20,000 nt of DNA, from IMG/VR virus record IMGVR_UViG_3300046810_000373. One strand, 5' to 3'. Shown here one piece after another: positions 1 through 7,046 of the stretch. Numbering within the stretch: the stretch's first letter is position 1; each line of letters starts with the position of its first letter. The translations under genes and the position numbers were made by a program. A model generated the notes under the pieces. It had not been told where the DNA came from. It did no database searches and saw only the letters and a program-made list of their open reading frames with translations. This DNA comes from an uncultured virus (IMG/VR IMGVR_UViG_3300046810_000373) (lineage: Duplodnaviria; Heunggongvirae; Uroviricota; Caudoviricetes; Schitoviridae).

Positions 1-540
1 CCCGTCTTTGTTCTGGAACTCAATATAGTTGTCGGTGAACTTGGCTACAGGCAGCCATTCCTTGAGGAAGTCCGAGTTCTCATAACGGAACTCGATGTTC
101 TTGCGCGCCGTCTTGACGCCGTTCTCCATAGTATCGGAGACGTATATCATACCGGTGATCTCGCCGAAGCCCGGAAGATAACTGAACACGCCGATGAACA
201 AGAGGAGATACTCGAAGAAGAGCGTCGTCTTGGATGCTCCACGAAAGCAGAGGTTGGCGACCTGGTCCGAGGTCGAGGTCGCGAGCTTGTCCAGCATCTT
301 CAGATGGACCGGAGGCGTCTTGTTGCTCTCGCCTTCGGCGCCGTTCACCAGCTTGATGAAGTTCATGAAGATGAGGGCGAATTCGCTCGGCACATACGAG
401 CCGTCGTTCAGCGAGGCGTAATCCACCTCATCGAGCCACTGATCCAAGCTCTTGCGGATGACCGTCCGGCCGGTGAGCTCGAGCGTGCTGAGTGCATGGC
501 CTGAGACGCCGGACATCAGCTCCGACGCATCAGACGTCAT
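1..540 (-). CDS. terL: Terminase large subunit, N4 gp68-like (5' part; runs off the window start)
   Basis: Translated by hand (absent from the ORF track): M(540)TSDASELM...KSLDQWLDEVDY...FMNFIKLVNG..NKTPPVHLKMLD...NLCFRGASKTT...IYVSDTMENGVK..RKNIEFRYENS. Walker A-like FRGASKTT and the N-terminus are typical of N4-like terminases. Alternative start at 516. Confidence 0.93.
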   Translation of the reverse strand, partial: MTSDASELMSGVSGHALSTLELTGRTVIRKSLDQWLDEVDYASLNDGSYVPSEFALIFMNFIKLVNGAEGESNKTPPVHLKMLDKLATSTSDQVANLCFRGASKTTLFFEYLLLFIGVFSYLPGFGEITGMIYVSDTMENGVKTARKNIEFRYENSDFLKEWLPVAKFTDNYIEFQNKDG

Positions 541-1291
541 CAGCGTCGACCTTGTTGACCAGCTTGGATGCTGCGACGTCGATCGTCTTCATCTCGCCTT
601 GCTCGATCATCTGGCGCTGCTGGCCGGCGAGCTGGGTCAGGAGATCCTTCATCTCCTTCATCCCCGAGACTTCCTTGACGTTCAGATCGAGCTGGCCCTT
701 GACCACCTCGGGCTTCTTGAGATGGGTCAGGATCGAGTTGGCCGCGTCGGTGCGGACCTTCTCGGAGTTGGCGTTGAGCATCAGATCGGCCTGAACATTC
801 AGAGCCTTCTGGTAGAGATCCTGGTTAAGCACCCAGCTCGGAACCAGGGATTGCTCCATGATCAGATTGACCAGTTTGCCCTTGTGATAGGCCGAGACGT
901 AGGCCGCGATGTCCTTCGACGAGCAGCCCCTGGCGATCAACGTCGCGTGGCGCTGGGGGAAGGTTTTGACATAGGCATCCTGGTTGGAATCACCCATCAG
1001 CTTGTAGCTGACGTAGGCGACCGCATGGAGGTAGTCCTCGACCTTGAACTTCCCCTCTTTCATAATCGCAGAATATCCGATGAAATTATCTCGGATATTT
1101 TGGGCGATAATAGGATCGGCGGTTATTCCATTCAGCGCGTCGACCAGATGGGTTGTCACGGACGATCGAAGCGTCGAGGGCAGAGCCTTCTTGACGTCGT
1201 CTTCGGTCAGGGGAGCCAATGAAGCAACAGGGAGAGATGCACCCGGAGCGGCGATCGACGGAGATCCCGGGATATTTGAAAATAGGCCCAT
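530..1291 (-). CDS. N4 gp69-like conserved protein (upstream of terL; possible terminase small subunit)
   Basis: 253 aa ORF with GAGGA SD; motifs YLHAVAYVSYKLMG, AYVSAYHKGKLVNLIMEQSLVPSWVLNQD, SEKVRTDAANSILTHLKKPE; overlaps the terL start as in N4. Confidence 0.85.
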   Translation of the reverse strand: MGLFSNIPGSPSIAAPGASLPVASLAPLTEDDVKKALPSTLRSSVTTHLVDALNGITADPIIAQNIRDNFIGYSAIMKEGKFKVEDYLHAVAYVSYKLMGDSNQDAYVKTFPQRHATLIARGCSSKDIAAYVSAYHKGKLVNLIMEQSLVPSWVLNQDLYQKALNVQADLMLNANSEKVRTDAANSILTHLKKPEVVKGQLDLNVKEVSGMKEMKDLLTQLAGQQRQMIEQGEMKTIDVAASKLVNKVDADDV

Positions 1292-1448
1292 AAAATCCTC
1301 TTGCGCTTTTCTTTGAAAACCGAGATAACAAATCCGCTTTCCTTATCTCGCGCAGGGATCAGGAATATGCAAACCGATTATGAGTTGATTATCATCCTTA
1401 TTATCGGAATGCCGCGCGGTGTTTTTGGGTTTTCACCGCCGCTGGCGC

Positions 1449-1491
1449 AGGAGCCGGGACCATCTTTCCTCCCGGACTGGTCCCGGCTCCT
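1449..1491. terminator. Perfect 14-bp inverted repeat just downstream of the 1507-2409 gene (terminator or processing stem)
   Basis: AGGAGCCGGGACCA (1449-1462) / TGGTCCCGGCTCCT (1478-1491); no clear U-tract. Confidence 0.45.
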
Positions 1492-1506
1492 CCTCTCTCA
1501 GATGAT

Positions 1507-2409
1507 TCAGTCCAGCCGAGCGACCCGGGCCTTGAGGATCGCGCGGTAGCCGTTCATGTATTCGGACTGGGATAGCATGAGAGACTGGTCGATCTTCGGC
1601 AGCAGGAAGAAGGCACTCGTTTGGGTGAAGGCATTGAGCTTGGTGATCTTGTCTTCGAGCTCGTTGAGTTCGATACGCACCCGTTCGGCATAGGATCCGC
1701 TCGCCGTCGGGCCCGCGTCTGCCTTCCGCGGCTGCGCTGCGCTCGCCCCGTCGGCGCCGACGGTCCGGTAGGCTCGCTCGAAAATGTCCTTGGGGGACCA
1801 GGAGAGATAGCCACCGTAGTTGGCGACGTTGGGCTTGCCGCCATCGGTGTATTCGACCAGGTAGCCCGCGTCGTCTTCCTCATCGGCCGGCATGACCCAG
1901 CCGCGGAAGTCGTTGTAGACGGCTCGGCTCATTGGGATCGCGTGGATCACCTTGGTGCCGACGAAGACATCCCAGCCCTCGGAGATCTTGATCGCGCGGC
2001 CGTCCAGCAGCTCCTGCTCCCGGTGGATGTCCTCGCGCAAGGCAAAGCCCAGCAGCGGCCAGATCTTGCCAATCGCGTCGGACTTGGCGATGCGCTGGCC
2101 GATCTCCTCGTTGTAGTTGGCCGGGTCCGCACAGGCGCTCTGGCCAGTGACCGTGAAGCCGTTCTTGAGAACCAGAACACAGAAGGTCATCAGCTCCAGC
2201 GCGGCAGGGACAGGGCGAAGCTGGGCCCCATTAAGGGCCCCATTGACGAAGGCTGCATCCTCCATCGCCTTGGCATCACCCTGCCCCGCGGTGAAATAGT
2301 GCTCACTCACGATCGACGCATGCACGTCCTCGAGCGTCACGCGCCGGCCGGTGGCCTTGGCCTTGAGTTCCTGCTCGGTCACAGCCTGGTGGGATTTATT
2401 ATCCGACAT
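1507..2409 (-). CDS. Three-domain fusion: Phage gp49/66 (PF13876-like) + 'GTK...GYLVEY...SWSPKDxFE' domain + crAss001_48/T4 Y16Q-like helical domain; putative anti-CBASS/anti-Thoeris protein
   Basis: Motifs TFCVLVLKNGFTVTGQSACADPANYNEEIG...IWPLLGF; FVGTKVIHAIPM..YNDFRGW..GYLVEY..SWSPKDIFERAY; YAERVRIELNELEDKITKLNAF...QSEYMNGYRAILKARV. AGGA SD spacing favours the ATG at 2409 over 2415. Confidence 0.8.
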   Translation of the reverse strand: MSDNKSHQAVTEQELKAKATGRRVTLEDVHASIVSEHYFTAGQGDAKAMEDAAFVNGALNGAQLRPVPAALELMTFCVLVLKNGFTVTGQSACADPANYNEEIGQRIAKSDAIGKIWPLLGFALREDIHREQELLDGRAIKISEGWDVFVGTKVIHAIPMSRAVYNDFRGWVMPADEEDDAGYLVEYTDGGKPNVANYGGYLSWSPKDIFERAYRTVGADGASAAQPRKADAGPTASGSYAERVRIELNELEDKITKLNAFTQTSAFFLLPKIDQSLMLSQSEYMNGYRAILKARVARLD

Positions 2410-2472
2410 AATCATTTTCCTGATTGGTGGTTGGATTATCAGGAATATGTTTTAGGGCGGATTTAGTTTGGA

Positions 2473-2501
2473 TTGCAAGCGTATTTTCTATCTGCTATTT
2501 C
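2473..2501 (+). promoter_or_regulatory. Putative sigma70-type promoter for the 2531 gene
   Basis: TTGCAA (2473-2478), 17-nt spacer, TATTTC (2496-2501) preceded by TGc (extended -10-like). Confidence 0.45.
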
Positions 2502-2530
2502 CGTGATTATAAACACGAGGAAATTTCAAT

Positions 2531-2827
2531 ATGGAAAAGCACAGGAACTCGGACGGCACCTATAACGGCGCCGCGGTCTTCGCCGAGTTGACCGGTCTCT
2601 CTGAGGCCGAGATCAAATGGATCATGGTTCGAACCAAAGAGCTGATCGCTACGGGGCTGCCGAAGGAAGAGCGCCTGACGATCATCAAGGTGGAGAGCCA
2701 GAGCAAACCCTGGCTGAAGAAGGTGTGCGACCTTTGCCAGGGAGCCAAGGTGAACAACCATCACCAGCTCTGGCCTGGTCGGATCGCATGTCGCGCCTGT
2801 AACGGCGTAGGTGTCCTTGGGTTGTAG
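2531..2827 (+). CDS. Hypothetical protein with C-terminal DnaJ-type CxxCxG zinc finger
   Basis: GAGG SD; CDLCQG...CRACNGVG motifs; phage-like codon usage. Confidence 0.7.
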   Translation: MEKHRNSDGTYNGAAVFAELTGLSEAEIKWIMVRTKELIATGLPKEERLTIIKVESQSKPWLKKVCDLCQGAKVNNHHQLWPGRIACRACNGVGVLGL

Positions 2828-2981
2828 CGACGAAGGCTCCCGCCCCCGGGAGCCGGGGAGCATCGCATCCCCCTCGCCTCTGCCGACCCTTACTGGGTCT
2901 TATTTAGGCCGGGATAGACAGCGCCCCCATATTCTTCGAGCCAGAGAGCTTGACACCCCTCCCCTTCTGGTAGAGAGGTGA

Positions 2982-3113
2982 TTCACGACTTGAGCTCGCC
3001 CCCGCCGTCTTTTCCCTCTGAAATAGAAAGAGGAGAAATTAAGGCTTGGTGGATCATGTCTAAATGATGACTCATTTAGACCATCAGGGGCTACGGGCCC
3101 CTCCTCAAGTGAA
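2982..3113 (+). ncRNA. Candidate multi-branched structured RNA
   Basis: Closing stem ACTTGAG/CTCAAGT encloses three hairpins, including GTCTAAATGA-TGAC-TCATTTAGAC and AGGGGC/GCCCCT; no ORF; TTGACA at 2950. Confidence 0.35.
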
Positions 3114-3406
3114 CATAATCCCCAACATAATCATAGATAATATTATCTGATAATCCTTATGTAGGAATTATCTACGGTATTTTTATGGAAACATTAATAT
3201 GATTATGTGGATAACTTTTAGATGGTAAGCCCAAAAGATAATAGAGCTAATCATTATGGAGATAATATTATATAATATTTTTGGGTTTGGTGAAAATTCA
3301 TAGTGACGTGCCAGTGTAGTATCACACCTGGCTCACACCCCTCGAGCTAACCTACCCCCCGGTATGTTTCCTCACACCATATGCATACCACCCCCATCGA
3401 ACTAAC

Positions 3407-3426
3407 GCTGCTGCGCAGCTTCTGGA
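3407..3426 (+). promoter_or_regulatory. N4 virion-RNAP-type hairpin early promoter (Pe1-like), predicted +1 at 3424
   Basis: GCTGC-TGC-GCAGC-TTCT-GGA: on the template strand a 5-bp stem with a C-GCA-G triloop, 4-nt spacer and CC start; same geometry as N4 P2 (template TCCAAAA GAAGC GGA GCTTC). Lies just upstream of the gp1-like gene. Confidence 0.85.
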
Positions 3427-3457
3427 TGTCTTGTCCATCAACCCAGGAGCTATGACT

Positions 3458-3829
3458 ATGTCCATCACCCAGTCCACCGGTGCTACCCTTGTCGCCATGC
3501 TCGGCGCCGTCACCACAACTGCAAATACCCTCACACGTACTGTGCACACCACTGCCAGTGCACTCGACATGCTGGATCAGTATGTCCAAGACGCTCGCGT
3601 CGAACAGATCGCTCGGTCCATCGCCTCTCGCGATACCATGCTTCAGCGCATCCATGAGGATTCTGCCATCGAGAACGCTTCTCGTCAGGCTGACCTCCAG
3701 CGCAAGCTCTCGGCCGATCCCATCCTGGGTGCTCTCTTCAAGGAGAACTTCCAGCGGTTCGAAGACACCACCAAGCAGGTCATCCAGACCAAGCTGGCTC
3801 AGCTCGACAATCGTGTCGCCGTCGTCTGA
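3458..3829 (+). CDS. N4 gp1-like early protein (RNAP II cofactor)
   Basis: AGGAG SD at 3445; first gene behind the hairpin promoter; N-terminus TLVAMLGAVTTTANTL resembles N4 gp1 as recalled. Confidence 0.7.
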   Translation: MSITQSTGATLVAMLGAVTTTANTLTRTVHTTASALDMLDQYVQDARVEQIARSIASRDTMLQRIHEDSAIENASRQADLQRKLSADPILGALFKENFQRFEDTTKQVIQTKLAQLDNRVAVV

Positions 3830-3847
3830 CATCTGAACATCGTCTTC

Positions 3848-3877
3848 ATCCCTCACTCTGTAACAGGAGTGGGGGAT
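3848..3877 (+). terminator. Hairpin terminator after gp1-like gene
   Basis: ATCCCTCACTC-TGTAACAG-GAGTGGGGGAT followed by an AT-rich tract. Confidence 0.65.
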
Positions 3878-4340
3878 TATATCTTAATTAGATAGTACAT
3901 TAATTAATTAACAATCATCATCATATTAACCATAATCAGGATAGATAATCATCTCATAATCCTGATAGTCTCATCTCTGGCTCACAGATCATGTTCATGG
4001 CTCCTGGCTAAAGCCTACCTGGCTCGAGCCAGTGAGATCATCAACGATCGTGCATGTCCTCATCGAGGATCTCATACATGTGAGAATAATGGGAAAGATG
4101 GGGTATTTCAGTACATATTTGTTGAAATACACACTGATCTCATTCCCACTTTTGTGATGTTATACCAATTCAAATCCTAGCTCGTTCTCGAGCTCTCCCT
4201 AAAATCTCCCCCAAATCCAGACCGTTCATAATGGTCTCTGATTTTCCCCTTTCCATTTATCCGGATTATGGTAGTCCCTTTCAAGATATCTATCTTGAGG
4301 GCTATCCATATATGCTCAAACTCCAACCAAGGATAACCAA

Positions 4341-4529
4341 ATGCGTATTATCTCCAATATGTCTCTGGTTGCCCTTGCCATTGGCTTCTGGGCATCCGCA
4401 ACCGTCATCGGATCCAGGTTCCTTCCCAACACCGAGGGCACGCTCCTCTGGTGTCGAACCAATGATCTCTCACTGCACAGGGACTATCATCTCAAGTGCG
4501 CTCCCTATTTCGTCAAGAAGAGGAACTGA
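4341..4529 (+). CDS. Small protein with N-terminal hydrophobic/TM segment
   Basis: AAGGA SD; hydrophobic stretch LVALAIGFWASATVIG. Confidence 0.6.
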   Translation: MRIISNMSLVALAIGFWASATVIGSRFLPNTEGTLLWCRTNDLSLHRDYHLKCAPYFVKKRN

Positions 4530-4533
4530 GCCA

Positions 4534-4845
4534 ATGCCTAAAAGCAAAGCAGACATTCTTGACGAGATCACCTGTGCTCTCGAAGAGAACGGCTATGCAC
4601 ACATGGCCAATGTTGGCGGCATCGCTTCGATACTGAAAGAACTCGACGATGCTAAGTCAGCGCTCGCTGATATGGTGGATGCATTCCTGGCACGCCATGG
4701 ATGCTTTCCACTCGATCGATGCACTCCTGAACAGCGCCTCTACAATGAGGCCATGCTGAAAGCATATGAGCTGGTCGGATCTCCGTATTCGGAGCTTCGC
4801 GCCACCATCATCGCAGCAGCTACCAGAAATGCTGTGCAATCATGA
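4534..4845 (+). CDS. Hypothetical early protein (MPKSKADIL...)
   Basis: GAGGA SD; true start lies inside the ORF-track 4231..4845; ATGA overlap with the next gene. Confidence 0.65.
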   Translation: MPKSKADILDEITCALEENGYAHMANVGGIASILKELDDAKSALADMVDAFLARHGCFPLDRCTPEQRLYNEAMLKAYELVGSPYSELRATIIAAATRNAVQS

Positions 4846-5225
4846 GGGATGAACTCTTCGTCCTCTTCACGGGGATCTATCTACTGATCATCCTGTGCAT
4901 GTCCTTCTGGGCACTCACTAACACCGATCCAGAGGTCAAATCTTTTGACGATCTCTGGATCAACAATCTGCTCGACAACAGTCTGTTCAGCTCTTTTCGC
5001 GGGCTATCGACTGCAAACGCAGCGCTCGAACAGCCCATCAACAGCTCGAATTACTCTCGATCGGACGCTGAGGGCATCGAGGACAAGAACATGTTCTTCA
5101 CGATCTATTTCAAACAAGACGGACAATGGGTCCTGGTTGACTGTGGTTTACCCATGCAGGCAGCCGCGGATCTGTGTGTCCAGCTCGAGGCCGGCGGCCA
5201 TGAGATCAGAGTGGAGCTATCCTAG
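4842..5225 (+). CDS. Hypothetical membrane-anchored protein (possible internal start at 5091)
   Basis: N-terminal TM LFVLFTGIYLLIILCMSFWAL; GAGGA upstream of the in-frame ATG at 5091. Confidence 0.55.
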   Translation: MRDELFVLFTGIYLLIILCMSFWALTNTDPEVKSFDDLWINNLLDNSLFSSFRGLSTANAALEQPINSSNYSRSDAEGIEDKNMFFTIYFKQDGQWVLVDCGLPMQAAADLCVQLEAGGHEIRVELS

Positions 5226-5240
5226 CTCCTCTCGTCTCGG

Positions 5241-5260
5241 GCCGCTGCGCGGCTTTTGGA
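5241..5260 (+). promoter_or_regulatory. N4 virion-RNAP-type hairpin early promoter (Pe2-like), predicted +1 at 5258
   Basis: GCCGC-TGC-GCGGC-TTTT-GGA; same architecture as the 3407 element, with a compensatory change in the stem. Confidence 0.85.
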
Positions 5261-5275
5261 CCATCTTTGATCCAC

Positions 5276-5386
5276 CAATCAGCGGGTTAGCTGTGGGCCG
5301 TCTGTGACGCTGGCCAGCACGGGCCACAGACCTCTCGAAGAAGTAGCGGTTCGACTCCGCACGGCCCACTGCCAACCCGCTGATTG
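5276..5386 (+). ncRNA. tRNA-like structured RNA (long terminal stem, T-arm and D-arm-like hairpin)
   Basis: 5276-5301 pairs with 5361-5386 (24 bp, 2 mismatches); GCGG-TTCGACT-CCGC T-arm at 5346-5360; GTG-ACGCTGGCCAG-CAC D-arm-like element. Confidence 0.6.
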
Positions 5387-5418
5387 CTCTCTTCGCTCTC
5401 TCACAAGGAACCAACATC

Positions 5419-5643
5419 ATGCATATGGGCCATCGCCTCATCTCCCTGCTCTCGGGCCTTGGCCTGATCGGCATGGGGGAACGTCTTTTCCCGGCAGTCT
5501 CCAATCCCATGGAGATGGAAACCCGGTATCGCATCCCGACCGGGAAGATTTACGCCAGCCGGTCTCGCTACACGCCGGGCGGGCCACACCGCAATTGCGG
5601 CGATCGTGGCATCTCGCCCAAGTCGTTAATCCGCACGGTCTAG
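5419..5643 (+). CDS. Hypothetical early protein
   Basis: AAGGA SD at 5405; 74 aa ORF packed against the next gene. Confidence 0.55.
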   Translation: MHMGHRLISLLSGLGLIGMGERLFPAVSNPMEMETRYRIPTGKIYASRSRYTPGGPHRNCGDRGISPKSLIRTV

Positions 5644-5645
5644 CC

Positions 5646-5780
5646 ATGGACCAGCAGACAATCACATCTGAGCTTTCACTCGATGACGCCATGCGTCTCA
5701 TAAGCTCAGATAATACCAGAGATAATCTCTTCGATTATATCGAAGGGTTATACGATGAGGATGATCTCATCGTCGACTAA
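5646..5780 (+). CDS. Small acidic protein (44 aa, MDQQTITSEL...YDEDDLIVD)
   Basis: ATG 2 nt after the previous stop; 3' part of ORF-track 5304..5780. Confidence 0.5.
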   Translation: MDQQTITSELSLDDAMRLISSDNTRDNLFDYIEGLYDEDDLIVD

Positions 5781-5820
5781 AGAGCTGACAATAACGCCAG
5801 CTCTATTCCATCCCAAACCA

Positions 5821-5836
5821 TGCGCTACCACGCATC
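5821..5836 (+). repeat. 16-bp element TGCGCTACCACGCATC, copy 1 (gp2 leader)
   Basis: Exact copy at 16208-16223; can fold as TGCG-CTACCA-CGCA. Confidence 0.8.
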
Positions 5837-5862
5837 TCAAACGATCTCGAAAGGATCATGTC

Positions 5863-6267
5863 ATGGGTATTCTCGATTTCACGATTCCCGCCAACAAGCC
5901 GGCTGCGAACACCTCGGGCCAGCGCAACGATCGGCCGAAGGCCAAGCTCTGGCTGAACATCGGCTATGAGAGCAACGGCAAGTTCGTCAACCTGCCCGTC
6001 GGTCTCCCGATCGACACCATGGAGGGCGTCAAGGCCACCGGCCAGAACGAAGACTGGATCAAGTTCCAGTCGGCGCGCAATGGCCTCATGGAGGCTCTCC
6101 AGAAGTTCGGCTCCCAGCTCACGCCGGGCCAGGAGGTCGACGTCCCGAATCTGATCATCCGTCTGCGCTCGGTCAACGAGGAGACGGTGGTCGATGCGGC
6201 CACCAATGAATACGCCATCGATCTCTCGGCGATGTTCAAGGCAAGCCAGGCGCAGGCGGCCGAGTAG
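5863..6267 (+). CDS. N4 gp2-like ssDNA-binding activator of RNAP II (Drc-like)
   Basis: AAGGA SD; PKAKLWLNIGY...KFVNLPVGLPIDT...ARNGLME...LTPGQE..LIIRLRSV matches N4 gp2 motifs (KAQFWLNIGY, LPTGIPLDT, LEPGEE). Confidence 0.9.
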   Translation: MGILDFTIPANKPAANTSGQRNDRPKAKLWLNIGYESNGKFVNLPVGLPIDTMEGVKATGQNEDWIKFQSARNGLMEALQKFGSQLTPGQEVDVPNLIIRLRSVNEETVVDAATNEYAIDLSAMFKASQAQAAE

Positions 6268-6298
6268 GCGCGTACTACCTGCGGCAAGCTGTGCCTGC

Positions 6299-6342
6299 GA
6301 GGAGGATCAGGGAGTTATTCCCCTGATCCTCCTCTATTTTTT
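6299..6342 (+). terminator. Rho-independent terminator after gp2
   Basis: GAGGAGGATCAGGG / CCCTGATCCTCCTC 14-bp stem followed by TATTTTTT. Confidence 0.85.
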
Positions 6343-6371
6343 CTCTCGATAGATAGGCAGGAGCCAGGAAC

Positions 6372-6833
6372 ATGAAGACCAACGAAGAACTCCAGATCAC
6401 CCGGGCCGAGCGTCTCGCTCTGCTGAACACCAGGGCGCTGCTACGGGATCCGTTCGTGCCTCTGAGTTCCGATCGCGCCGAGCTCGGGCTCGGCGTGTCC
6501 TTCAATATGAGCGCCTCATCCGAGATCTACGAATGTGGTACTGCCATGTGCATCGGCGGCTTCATGAAGCTATTCATGCTGGGAGCAAAGCCAACCAGTA
6601 AAGGGGTTTATAATATAACCCCTAAGCGTGAAGAACTGATCGACAAGTATGTCCTGAGCCATGAGCCCTTTTTTACCAGTCGTCCCAATTCCAATAGGCC
6701 AATCGCTAAACTGTTCTATCCACCCGACGAGCTTACACCTTGGTCGAATATCACCAAGGAGATGGCAATCAAGGCCATCGACAACTTCCTGAAGACCGGT
6801 AAGCCGGATTGGATGAGGGCTGCGGGTCGATGA
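6372..6833 (+). CDS. Hypothetical protein (FNMS...CGTAMCIGG motif)
   Basis: AGGA SD; 153 aa; CGTxxCIGG motif is recurrent in phage hypothetical proteins. Confidence 0.75.
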   Translation: MKTNEELQITRAERLALLNTRALLRDPFVPLSSDRAELGLGVSFNMSASSEIYECGTAMCIGGFMKLFMLGAKPTSKGVYNITPKREELIDKYVLSHEPFFTSRPNSNRPIAKLFYPPDELTPWSNITKEMAIKAIDNFLKTGKPDWMRAAGR

Positions 6834-7030
6834 AATCCAGCCTCTACGACATCGAGGTCTACATTCACCACCAGACCGAAAAAGCCTGGCTAGTCTCATT
6901 GGAGGGTGAGACCAAAGTCTGGATCCCCAAGAGCCAGGGCGAAATGGAGCAGAAGCTAACAAGCGGTCTGCACCCGGTCTGGATCCTCACGGCGCCTGAG
7001 CCCCTGCTCATCGAGAAGGGCCTGGTCTGA
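6830..7030 (+). CDS. Small conserved phage protein (TEKAWLV...WIPKSQ...EKGLV)
   Basis: ATGA overlap with the previous gene; recognisable motif family. Confidence 0.75.
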   Translation: MKSSLYDIEVYIHHQTEKAWLVSLEGETKVWIPKSQGEMEQKLTSGLHPVWILTAPEPLLIEKGLV

Positions 7031-7046
7031 ACCAAGGAACACCATC

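Noticed and set aside
1727..1744. GCTGCGC-containing sequence resembling the hairpin promoter core
   Set aside because: No 5-bp stem or TTTTGGA start context; lies inside a CDS.
452..2466. Long plus-strand ORFs 452..1222 and 1621..2466
   Set aside because: Antisense shadows of the well-supported minus-strand genes, typical of high-GC codon bias; no SD or motifs.
2624..2640. GGTTCGAACC T-loop-like sequence
   Set aside because: Lies within the 2531 CDS with no surrounding cloverleaf.
3115..3300. AT-rich repeats as a possible CRISPR array
   Set aside because: Only short GATAAT-type motifs; no regular repeat-spacer periodicity.
5294..5373. Calling the T-arm element a functional tRNA gene
   Set aside because: 4-bp T-stem, no canonical anticodon stem-loop with U33, and the 3' end is paired with no CCA; reported as tRNA-like ncRNA instead.
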